32,000 nt of DNA from Cereibacter sphaeroides 2.4.1 (GTDB lineage Bacteria > Pseudomonadota > Alphaproteobacteria > Rhodobacterales > Rhodobacteraceae): positions 180,001 through 212,000 of the forward strand of contig NC_007494.2 of assembly GCF_000012905.2 (NCBI RefSeq), in the 5' to 3' direction. A program made the translations under genes and the position numbers. Under the pieces are notes generated by a model, which made no database searches, was not told the origin of the DNA, and saw only the letters and a list, made by a program, of their open reading frames with translations. Each line of letters opens with the position of its first letter. Within the stretch, counting starts at the first letter, position 1. Positions 1-8,016 of this stretch are shown piece by piece.

Positions 1-1099
1 GTTCCGCCGCGAGGCGCAGCTCTTGCGCAAGGTCCAGAGCGACGCGGTGATCCGCTACGAGACCACGCTTCAGGACCGCGAGGGACGGCTGTACCTGATC
101 ATGGAGTTCGTCGACGGCCAGCCGCTGTCGCATTACCTCGAGCGCGGGGCGCGGCTCGCGCCCGGCGACGTGCTGCGGCTGGGGCGGCGGATGGCGGGGG
201 CGCTGGCGGCGATCCACGCGCTCGGCATCGTGCACCGCGACGTGGCGCCCGACAACATCATGCTGCCCGACGGCGACATCGGCCATTGCAAGCTGATCGA
301 CTTCGGGCTCGCCTCGAACACCTCGGGGACCGAGGCCTCGATCATCGGGGCGAGCTATGCCGGGAAGTACTCCTATTCCTCGCCCGAGCAGTTCGGGCTG
401 CACGGGGCGCGGGTGGGGCCGGCCTCCGACATCTACTCGCTGGGCCTTGTGCTGATGAAGGTCTGCGGGCTGAAGGTGCCGGGCGAGGGGATGGGCATGG
501 CCGCGGTCGAGGTGCGGCGGGAGAACGTGACGATCCCGCGGGATGCGGGCCTGCCTCCGGCGCTGGCGCGGCTGCTCGAAGCGATGCTGCGCACCCGGCC
601 CGACGAACGCCCCGCCGATCTGCAGAAGCTGTTCGCCGAGGCGGCGCCGGGGCTGGAACGGGCGGCGCCGGCCCGCACGCCCCGCCGATCGGGTCTGGCG
701 CTTGCGGCCGGTGCGGGCGTTCTGGCCGCCGCGGGGGCGGGCCTGTGGTTCGCCCTGCCGTATCTCGACACGCCCCCGGGCAGCCGCGTGGTCACCGATG
801 CCCGCGCGGTTGTGGCCGCCCATGATCCGCTTGCTGAAATCGAAAGCCGCTTCGCCGCGGGCGATGTCGAGACGGCCTTCGCAAGCCTGATGGCGCTGGC
901 GAACGATCAGGCCGGCCCGCCCGAGACCCGGAGGCAAGCCTATTTTGCGCTGGGGCGGATGTACGATCCGGCCAGTTTCAACGCCAGCCGCAGCCCGTTC
1001 AAGGCGCCCAATGCCTCGGCCGCGCGGCGGAACTATCAGGCGGCTGCGGACCTCGGCTCGGCCGAGGCGCGGCAAGCCCTTGTCCTGCTGAGAGAATGA
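1..1099 (+). CDS. Hanks-type Ser/Thr protein kinase, single-pass membrane protein with a periplasmic Sel1/TPR-like tail (5' end cut by the window; reading frame starts at nt 2)
   Basis: The frame of track ORF 23..1099 stays open back to nt 2 (FRREAQLLRKVQS...). Kinase subdomains are visible: catalytic loop HRDVAPDN (233-256), DFGLA and SPEQ. They are followed by an Ala/Pro-rich linker, one hydrophobic helix (LALAAGAGVLAAAGAGLWFAL) and a Sel1-like C-terminus (YFALGRMYDPA...ARRNYQAAADLGSAEARQAL). The stop overlaps the next start (ATGA). Confidence 0.85.
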   Translation, partial: FRREAQLLRKVQSDAVIRYETTLQDREGRLYLIMEFVDGQPLSHYLERGARLAPGDVLRLGRRMAGALAAIHALGIVHRDVAPDNIMLPDGDIGHCKLIDFGLASNTSGTEASIIGASYAGKYSYSSPEQFGLHGARVGPASDIYSLGLVLMKVCGLKVPGEGMGMAAVEVRRENVTIPRDAGLPPALARLLEAMLRTRPDERPADLQKLFAEAAPGLERAAPARTPRRSGLALAAGAGVLAAAGAGLWFALPYLDTPPGSRVVTDARAVVAAHDPLAEIESRFAAGDVETAFASLMALANDQAGPPETRRQAYFALGRMYDPASFNASRSPFKAPNASAARRNYQAAADLGSAEARQALVLLRE

Positions 1100-2991
1100 C
1101 GATGCTGCGCCTGCTGGTCCTGGTTCTGAGCCTCGCCGCCACCGCCCTTTGGGCCGGGGATGTCCGTCCGCTGGTCATGGAGGGCAAGTCCGCCCTGCCG
1201 CAGCGCGTTCTGGTGCGCGAGGCGGGCGAGCGTCTGGAGACGCCCGGCGGCCGGTCTCTGGGGCCGGTCGTGCCGCTGCAGCAGTTCTACGTCTATGCGC
1301 GTCAGGACGGCTGGGTGAAGGTCGGGCCGGGGCAGGATGGGAGCGATCTGGGCTGGCTGCCGGCCCAAGAGGTGGCCGACTGGAACCAGAACATCGTGGC
1401 CACGCTGGAGGTGACGGCGGGGCTGGAACGCACGCTGTTCTTTTCCGACTTTGATGCCGCCTATGAGGTGGTCGAGGCCGAGGACCCGGGCCGCGACGCG
1501 GCCGCGCTGCGCGCCGAGGCCGAGGCGGCCGAGCAGAGCGGGGCGCCCTCCGACCGCATCGTTGCGCTGGGGCCGCGCGAGGCGATCGACCAGCGGCAGC
1601 GGCTGCACGTCCTGCCGATCCTCTCGGCCGAGGAGGCGCTGTTCGAAAGCGGCGCCTTCGTGAACCTGCTGAAGGTGGCGGTGGCGCGCGCGCAGGCGCC
1701 GTCGGAGGCCGCGCAACCCATCGGCCAGCCGATGCGCGCGGGCATCGTCTTCGTCGTCGACACCACGCATTCCATGGCGCCGTACATCAGCGCCACCCGC
1801 GATGCGCTGCGCGAGGTCTATGGCGAGGTGGCGGCCGCGGGTCTGAGCGACCGGGTGTCCTTCGGTCTGGTGGGCTATCGCGACAGCCTGAAGGGCCAGC
1901 CGGCACTGGACTATGCTGCGCGCACCTTCGTCACCCTCGAGGAGGGGCGGACGGCCGAGGGCTTCCTCGCCGGGATCGCGCAGATGTCCGAGGCGACAGC
2001 CTCGAGCCGGAACTTCCGGGAGGACAGCTATACCGGGATCGACCATGCGGTGACCTCGCTCGACTGGTCGGGATACGACGTGCGCTTCCTCGTGCTGGTG
2101 ACCGACGCCGGACCCCGCGAGGCCACGGACGACCTGAGCGGCACCGGCCTCAGCGGACAGGCGCTGAACCGGCTGGTGCATGAGGATCTCGGCGGCTACA
2201 TCGCCGTAATGCACCTGCTGACGCCGAAGGGCGGCGAGGTGGGCGACCATGACCGGGCGCAGCGGCTCTACAGCGAGCTGACGAGCTTTCCGAACCTTCC
2301 GCCGCTCTACTTCCCGGTAGCCCAGGGGCAAGCCTCGGCCTATGAGGCGGCGGCGCGGCGGCTCGGGCAGGTCGTGGTGAGCCAGATGTCGGCAGGGACC
2401 GCACCGCCGGCCGAAGGCGACGGGATCGCCGAGGCCATGGGGCAGGCGATGCAGACGCTGCATCTGGCCTGGCTGGGGCGGCAGGAGGGGGCCGAGGCGC
2501 CGGACGTCTTCGAGGCGGTGATCGCCGACCGCGATTTCGCCCGGCCCGCGCTGCGGCCCGTGTCGATCCGGCTCCTGCTGTCCAAGGCGCAGCTGTCGGA
2601 TCTGGCCGAGGCGCTGCAGATCATCGTCGAGAAGGCCGAGACGAATGTGCTCGATCCCGACCGCTTCTTCGAGCAGGTGCTGGGCGCTGCCGCCGACATG
2701 AGCCGTCGCCCGGAACGGGTGTCGCGACGGCAGGACGAGACGCTCGCCGGCGCGGTCGCGGTGTCGGAACTGCTCGAAGGGCTGCCCTATCGCTCGCGGA
2801 TCATGACGATCACCTCCGACGACTGGGTGAGGATGTCGATCTCGGAGCAGCAGGCTCTGGTGAATGACCTCTACGACAAGCTGGAGCGCTACCGGCGGTA
2901 CAATGCCTCCTCGGACCTCTGGGTGAACTACTTGGGCCAGCCGGGTGCGGATGGCCTGCTTTATCCCATGCTGCTGGACGATCTGCCCTAG
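1096..2991 (+). CDS. Secreted von Willebrand factor A (vWA) domain protein with an N-terminal SH3-like segment
   Basis: Signal-peptide-like N-terminus MTMLRLLVLVLSLAATALWAGD. A bacterial-SH3-like stretch follows (FYVYARQDGWVKVGPGQDGSDLGWLPAQEV). The vWA core has a MIDAS-like motif, VFVVDTTHSM (D222 at 1759), and LVLVTDAGP. G/C dominates third codon positions. The gene has a 4-nt ATGA overlap with the kinase gene. Confidence 0.85.
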   Translation: MTMLRLLVLVLSLAATALWAGDVRPLVMEGKSALPQRVLVREAGERLETPGGRSLGPVVPLQQFYVYARQDGWVKVGPGQDGSDLGWLPAQEVADWNQNIVATLEVTAGLERTLFFSDFDAAYEVVEAEDPGRDAAALRAEAEAAEQSGAPSDRIVALGPREAIDQRQRLHVLPILSAEEALFESGAFVNLLKVAVARAQAPSEAAQPIGQPMRAGIVFVVDTTHSMAPYISATRDALREVYGEVAAAGLSDRVSFGLVGYRDSLKGQPALDYAARTFVTLEEGRTAEGFLAGIAQMSEATASSRNFREDSYTGIDHAVTSLDWSGYDVRFLVLVTDAGPREATDDLSGTGLSGQALNRLVHEDLGGYIAVMHLLTPKGGEVGDHDRAQRLYSELTSFPNLPPLYFPVAQGQASAYEAAARRLGQVVVSQMSAGTAPPAEGDGIAEAMGQAMQTLHLAWLGRQEGAEAPDVFEAVIADRDFARPALRPVSIRLLLSKAQLSDLAEALQIIVEKAETNVLDPDRFFEQVLGAAADMSRRPERVSRRQDETLAGAVAVSELLEGLPYRSRIMTITSDDWVRMSISEQQALVNDLYDKLERYRRYNASSDLWVNYLGQPGADGLLYPMLLDDLP

Positions 2992-3008
2992 GAGGCGGGG
3001 TCGCCTCC
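2991..3008 (+). terminator. Weak GC hairpin immediately after the vWA stop codon (possible terminator)
   Basis: ggaggcg-gggt-cgcctcc gives a 7-bp stem and a 4-nt loop starting in the stop codon. No T-tract follows, so terminator function is uncertain. Confidence 0.3.
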
Positions 3009-3422
3009 GGTCGGACGCTCCCGCGTCGCCGGCGGATCGGAGGCGGGCTTATTGCTTCGCTGCTGACGGTCTCACCTCGGGCCGCGCACCCGGCGCGGCC
3101 GGTCCGGGTCTGACGGCTGCGTCAAGATCGCCGCACTTGCGCCCCGGGTCGAAGCAGGACCCCGGCTGCGGATGCACCGGGGATGCTGGACGCGATTCCC
3201 CCTCGCGGGCAGGAGAGGGGATCTCTGGCTGCGCGGGGCATCCGCTGAGCGATCGTCGCAGCCCACGAAGCGGCCCGGCGGGCCTGACGGGCGCACCGAC
3301 CGGATGAGGAGGGTCCGCCGGATGCGGACCCCCGTGCGACGGTTTCTGACACTGCCTGAACCGGCCAGGGAGAGGACCTGCACCGGGCCGCCGACGCCGG
3401 ACTGTCGTCCGTGCCCGGCCCG

Positions 3423-5786
3423 TCAGAAATCCCAGGTCTCGGTCCCGGCCTGAAGGAACGTCCTGTCCGCACCGTTGACCTCGCCGTTCAGCCTGACCTC
3501 GTCGACATACAGGTTGCGGTCGCGGCCGGGCCCGGCATAACTGTCCTCAAGGAACCTGATGCCGACCTGATCGCTTCCGTCGAGGTCCCAGTCGCCCGTG
3601 AAGGTGAGCGTCTGCCAGTCCCCCGCCGCGCGGTCCGCCGTGACGATGGCGGACGGGGTCACCACCACGCCGTTGACGAGGAGCGCAAAGGCGGGGTCGC
3701 CCTCCCATGCATCGCCGCTGACCCGGACCGACACGGTGTCGGGGCCCGTGCCGCCCGTCGGGGCATCGGACCGGACGAGCACGAAGTCGTCGAGGAGAGC
3801 GCCCAGACCGTCGCCGCCCTGCGAGGCCACCTCGCGGATGGTCAGCCGGTCCGTGCCGGCCGTGCCGGTGAGGGTGGTCGTGAAGGTGCCCCAGTCCGCC
3901 CCCGGCGTGGCGGTGGCCACGACGCGGTCGTTCCACACCACTTCGACGCCCTGGCTCGAAACAGGCGCGCCGGGACGGGCGCGCAGGTCGAAGCTCAGCG
4001 TATAGGCCTCGCCGGCGGCAGCGTCGACGTCCTGAAAGAAGCCGTCCCGCGCGCCATGGAAGTCGAGCTCGACGAACTGCGAGCCGTCCGTGGCGGTCAC
4101 GCCATTGTGGGTGTCCCACACCTCGATGCGCCCGCCCGGAATGGCTTTCCAGCCGGCGGTCGAGCCGAGCTCGGCCCACTGCCCGGTCGCGACGGAAGGA
4201 CTCTCGAAGGACCCGTCCCTCAGGAGGTTGCCGGCAGCCGGCAGGGAGGGCGTGGGCATGGGCGCGGGCGCCTCGCCCACGTCGGGGGTTGTGCCGCCCG
4301 TCGGGGCTTTCGACCGGACGAGCACGAAGTCGTCCAGAAGGGCGCCCAGACCGTCGCCGCCCTGCGAGGCCACCTCGCGGATGGTCAATCGGTCCGTGCC
4401 GGACGTGCCCGTGACGGTGGTCGTGAAGGTGCCCCAGTCCGTTCCCGGCGTGGCGGTGGCCACGACGCGGTCGTTCCACACCACCTCTACGCCCTGGCTC
4501 GAGACGGGTGCGCCGGGACGCGCGCGCAGGTCGAAGCTCAGCGTGTAGGTCTCGCCGGTGGCGGCATTGACGTCCTGAAAGAAGCCGTCCCGCGCGCCAT
4601 CGAAGTCGAGTTCGACGAACTGAGAGCCGTCCGTGGCCGTCACCCTATTGTGGGCGTCCCACACCTCGATGCGCCCGCCCGCGATGGCCGTCCAGCCGGC
4701 GGTCGAGCCGAGCTCGGCCCATTGCCCGGTCGCGACCGAAGGCCCCTCGAAGGATGCGTCCTTCAGGAGGTTGCCGCCTGCCGTCGGTGGGGGCGTCGGC
4801 GTGGGTGCGGGCGTCGGCTTGGGGGTCGGCGTGGGCTGGGGCGCGTCGCCCTTCAGCCAGTCGAGGCGCGCGGCGAAGTCCGCCAGCCAGGCCGAGCGGT
4901 CCTCGTAGATCGTCATGGCGCCGTCGGTGTCGGGCCGGTCGAAATCGAGCGCGTCGTCAGGGTTGTCGGTGTAGTAGCGCCCCGGGCCGCCCGACGGCTG
5001 CTGCACGAACTCGCCGCCCCAGCTTTCCTTCGTAGGGTCGTTCTGATCGCCGCTGAGGAAGCGGAACACCGTGGGGCTGTCGCCCATCTTCACGCCCGAG
5101 ACGTTGAAGATGTCGCCCGACAGTTCCGCGAAGAAGTCCCCGAGCGCTCCGTGGCCGCGCGCGTTCACCTCGTGCCAGCCCTTGATGATGTCCTGCGTCC
5201 ATTCGCCCCCGGCCGGGCTGGCGTAGGTGCCCCTGAAGGTCGACAGGTTGTCCACCCACATGTCGAAGGCGCCCTTGAAGTTCGCCTTGATGTAGGCGTA
5301 GGCGGCCTCGTCCTGATCGTCGATGCTGAAGAAGCGGATGTGCGGCGCGATGGAGGGGTCGTCGTGGAGGGCCTGCGCGAGGTCGGTCTCGCCACCCCAG
5401 GTCAGCACGTTGAGCACCTCCCCCGCGGCCTCGGCCTTCTTTGCCTCGGCGATGATGGCGCGGGAGGAGTCGGTGGGGTTCGACCAGCCCTGGCTCGGCG
5501 CGGTGTCGAGAGCGCCTTGCCAGCTGATGGCCTTCAACTGCTCGGCGGTCTTGAAGTCGCCGCTGCGCGCGGCGAGCTTGGCGTGGTCGAGGCCATAGAC
5601 GTCGATGATGCGGTCGATGTCGCCCACGAGGCCGTCCTGGGCGTTCCACTTGGACGGGGTGGCGGCGATGCCGACGATGTTCATCTTGTCCTGGTAGAGC
5701 AGCGCATGGATGAGCGACTGGGAGTCGTCCTTCTCCTCGGCGGCGAGCCTGAGGTCGGTCGATATGAATACTCTGGGCAGTGGCAT
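3423..5786 (-). CDS. Mosaic 787-aa protein: DUF1593/nucleoside-hydrolase-like N-domain, Pro/Thr linker, two tandem ~162-aa DUF642/galactose-binding-like beta-sandwich modules, and a C-terminal CBM-like module
   Basis: The N-terminus PRVFISTDLRLAAEEKDDSQSLIHALLYQDKMNIVGIAATPS resembles DUF1593. The linker is PQPTPTPKPTPAPTPTPPPT. Two modules begin GNLL[KR]D.SFE.PSVATGQWAELGSTAGW. The C-terminal module VSVRVSGDAWEGDPAF...DRNLYVDEVRLNG resembles Ca-dependent CBM-type modules. The opposite-strand 820-aa ORF is R/G/H-rich low complexity. Confidence 0.85.
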   Translation of the reverse strand: MPLPRVFISTDLRLAAEEKDDSQSLIHALLYQDKMNIVGIAATPSKWNAQDGLVGDIDRIIDVYGLDHAKLAARSGDFKTAEQLKAISWQGALDTAPSQGWSNPTDSSRAIIAEAKKAEAAGEVLNVLTWGGETDLAQALHDDPSIAPHIRFFSIDDQDEAAYAYIKANFKGAFDMWVDNLSTFRGTYASPAGGEWTQDIIKGWHEVNARGHGALGDFFAELSGDIFNVSGVKMGDSPTVFRFLSGDQNDPTKESWGGEFVQQPSGGPGRYYTDNPDDALDFDRPDTDGAMTIYEDRSAWLADFAARLDWLKGDAPQPTPTPKPTPAPTPTPPPTAGGNLLKDASFEGPSVATGQWAELGSTAGWTAIAGGRIEVWDAHNRVTATDGSQFVELDFDGARDGFFQDVNAATGETYTLSFDLRARPGAPVSSQGVEVVWNDRVVATATPGTDWGTFTTTVTGTSGTDRLTIREVASQGGDGLGALLDDFVLVRSKAPTGGTTPDVGEAPAPMPTPSLPAAGNLLRDGSFESPSVATGQWAELGSTAGWKAIPGGRIEVWDTHNGVTATDGSQFVELDFHGARDGFFQDVDAAAGEAYTLSFDLRARPGAPVSSQGVEVVWNDRVVATATPGADWGTFTTTLTGTAGTDRLTIREVASQGGDGLGALLDDFVLVRSDAPTGGTGPDTVSVRVSGDAWEGDPAFALLVNGVVVTPSAIVTADRAAGDWQTLTFTGDWDLDGSDQVGIRFLEDSYAGPGRDRNLYVDEVRLNGEVNGADRTFLQAGTETWDF
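3747..4232. repeat. Copy B of an intragenic tandem duplication (486 bp unit, 543 bp period)
   Basis: Encodes residues 519-680 of the 787-aa protein. It is nearly identical at the DNA level to 4290-4775. For example, gtgccgcccgtcgggg occurs at about 3748 and about 4291, and long identical runs such as gaagtcgtc...gaccgtcgccgccctgcgaggccacctcgcggatggtca are shared. Confidence 0.9.
4290..4775. repeat. Copy A of an intragenic tandem duplication (486 bp unit, 543 bp period)
   Basis: Encodes residues 338-499. By my count there are 15 amino-acid differences from copy B over 162 aligned residues. The copies are separated by a 19-aa Pro-rich linker. Confidence 0.9.
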
Positions 5787-6411
5787 GGCGGGTGGGGTCT
5801 CCGTTGTCGTTGCCTAGATCGGATTGAGGGTTTTGCGGCGGCGGCGGCGCGTGCCTCTTCGATGATCGCCTGAACTTCAAGCCAAAAGATTACCGTGGGA
5901 TGTGCCGGCGACCACAACTCGCGTCATGATTGTGCGGCTTTCGGGGGGATTTATCCTTTTGAGAGAAGGCAGTAGGAGCGCGGCATCAGCCCATGGGCGC
6001 GACCCGCCCCGGATGCGGCAGCGGCGGCAAACCGCTTACATCCCGCGGGCAATTGCGCCGAGGGGCGCCTAGGCACGGGGCGGAGGCGATCCGGCGGGAG
6101 TATCCTTCCGAGGATGAGGGGAGGGCGACTGCGCCGCCGCATGGCGCGCGAAGGGTGCCGCATGCAGGATCCGGCCGAAGCGACCCCGGGCGATATTCAG
6201 CAGTCTGACTGAACCCGGGGGACCGACGTCTCGGAGCCCCCTCCCGGGATGCACCGTGAGACATGAGCGCCCTGACGAGACGGCCTCGCAGTGTGGATCC
6301 TTCAGGAGCAAGGTTCTGGCGCAATGCTCCTCGCGCCCGGCCCTGCGGATCCTCAGATCTGCAGTCTCCACCGCAAGCGGCTGAGCCTGTGTCTGCCGTC
6401 CCAGACCATCT

Positions 6412-8016
6412 TCAGCCGGTCGCCACGACAGGAGCGGAAGATCTCCGACCGCCCTGGGCAGCACGGTCGCCCACGGCCTGAGAGATCCCGCGGGCAATCG
6501 TGGCGCCGATTTCGGCGCTGGCGGTGATGCCTTGGACGAAGGGCCGATCGTGCATCAGGTAGGGGATCGCGGCCAGGTGCGCGTGACGGTCATAGTCGGG
6601 AACGCCGACGAGGGCGAAGTCGGCGTCCAGCTCGGGGATGTCCTGTTTCGATCCCATCAGCGCCCGCCGCAGGCTCGGGAAGGGCATATCCCTGCTTTCC
6701 ATCGGCTTCTGGCCTCGTGCGTCGATGAATACCGGAAACACATGCGTCTTTCCCTTGGCGTGGATCACCGTGCGGTCGGGCTCGCGCTTCAGCTCGTAAT
6801 CTTCGCCGAGCGCCAGAACCGACAACAGCCCGGCATCCCGGAGCGCCAGAAGGCGTCGGATGGATTCGGAGGGCACGGCGGCGTAATTGTCGACGAAGAC
6901 CTTCTTCAGCCCGCCATCGAACCGCTTGCGATCCGCATCGCCCAGATGCGGCACCAGCGTTTCCACCTTCTCGTGCATCCGCAGCAGGGCATATCGCCAG
7001 GGGACGGTGATCTGGTGCGCCTTGTTGTGTTCGACCTCCTCCAGATTCCTGCGGGCCCAGCGGAAGGGATCCTGCGCCTCGCGCGCCGCGAAATAGGCAT
7101 CGCCGAAGGTGTCGGCGGTCAGCGTGGCCAGCCCGATCCGGTCGGCATAGGCAGGGTCGGCTTGCGCGATCTCCTCCTGCAACAGCGCGAAGACCCGATC
7201 CAGCGGGTCCGCCTGCGCGGCGCACTGTGCCACCGCGTCGTCGGTCATCACCTGCAGGGGTTCGTAGGGGATCGGGCACCAGAAATCGGCCTCGGGCAGC
7301 ACGCCGGACCAGGACATCAGGGTCAGATGCAGGCCCTCGGTCGCTGGTTCGAAGGTCAGCTCCTCACCGTGCCGGCGAAACCGGCCGTGCTGGTTTGCCA
7401 CCGCCATCGCCGCGTCGATGGAACTGAGCGAGGTGCCCATGATGCCCACGGACACCGGCGGAACCTCCGCCTGGATCAGGCCGGACCACGGGCTGGGGAA
7501 ATAGCTGCGGGTCGCTTCATCCGCGTCGGGAAACACATGTCCGGTGGCGAGGATCACACGGTCGAACGGGCCGAACTCGCGCTCGGCCGCGCGCAGGAAC
7601 AGGGCATCGTTGCGCGCGATGACGTCCGTAACCTCGGTAGTCTCGAGCACCTCGGTGCGGGCGCGGTGACGATCCAGCAGAGACAGCAGCTGATCGCGGA
7701 AATACTCTCCCAGCAGCAGACGCGGCGTGAACTGGCGGTCATCCAGCTCGGCCCGGTCAAGGCCGTAGGCGCGGAGCTTCGCGTCCGGCTGACCCTTCAA
7801 CCAATCCAGATAGGTGGCCTCGATGGGCGGGATCTCGATGCTTGCGATATTGGCCAGCATGGATTTGCTGGCCGCCTCGGGTGAGTAGGGCAGGCCGATG
7901 CCCGCCTTCTCGCCCCGTTCGAACAGGGTGATGTGATGCGAGGGGTCGGTCTGGATGAGGTTGAAGAAGGTGTAGATGCCCGTGGGCCCGGTTCCGACGA
8001 TCGCGACACGCGCCAT
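6412..8016 (-). CDS. FAD/NAD(P)-binding protein (FAD-NAD(P)-binding domain family oxidoreductase, function unknown)
   Basis: The start was moved to Met85 of track ORF 6412..8268, giving MARVAIVGTGPTGIYTFF, a Rossmann GxGxxG at the extreme N-terminus. A GGGGAG Shine-Dalgarno lies just upstream (plus-strand ctcccc at 8021-8026). A second dinucleotide-type motif is VGIMGTSLSSIDA. The upstream 84 codons are R/G/P-rich. Confidence 0.8.
   Translation of the reverse strand: MARVAIVGTGPTGIYTFFNLIQTDPSHHITLFERGEKAGIGLPYSPEAASKSMLANIASIEIPPIEATYLDWLKGQPDAKLRAYGLDRAELDDRQFTPRLLLGEYFRDQLLSLLDRHRARTEVLETTEVTDVIARNDALFLRAAEREFGPFDRVILATGHVFPDADEATRSYFPSPWSGLIQAEVPPVSVGIMGTSLSSIDAAMAVANQHGRFRRHGEELTFEPATEGLHLTLMSWSGVLPEADFWCPIPYEPLQVMTDDAVAQCAAQADPLDRVFALLQEEIAQADPAYADRIGLATLTADTFGDAYFAAREAQDPFRWARRNLEEVEHNKAHQITVPWRYALLRMHEKVETLVPHLGDADRKRFDGGLKKVFVDNYAAVPSESIRRLLALRDAGLLSVLALGEDYELKREPDRTVIHAKGKTHVFPVFIDARGQKPMESRDMPFPSLRRALMGSKQDIPELDADFALVGVPDYDRHAHLAAIPYLMHDRPFVQGITASAEIGATIARGISQAVGDRAAQGGRRSSAPVVATG

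Noticed and set aside
1036-2463. 475-aa minus-strand ORF
   Set aside because: It is antisense to the vWA gene, which has a signal peptide, a MIDAS motif and an ATGA coupling to the kinase gene. No recognisable motifs.
3411-5873. 820-aa plus-strand ORF covering the whole mosaic-protein locus
   Set aside because: It is antisense to a gene with clear domain structure. Its translation is an R/G/H/A/V/D-rich low-complexity string with no motifs. This is a typical high-GC shadow ORF, and its internal repeat simply mirrors the repeat on the real strand.
6231-6241. 11-mer ctcggagcccc, whose reverse complement recurs at about 8511-8521, as a possible REP/MITE-like repeat
   Set aside because: A single 11-nt match in 32 kb of GC-biased sequence is expected by chance, and no extended flanking similarity was seen.
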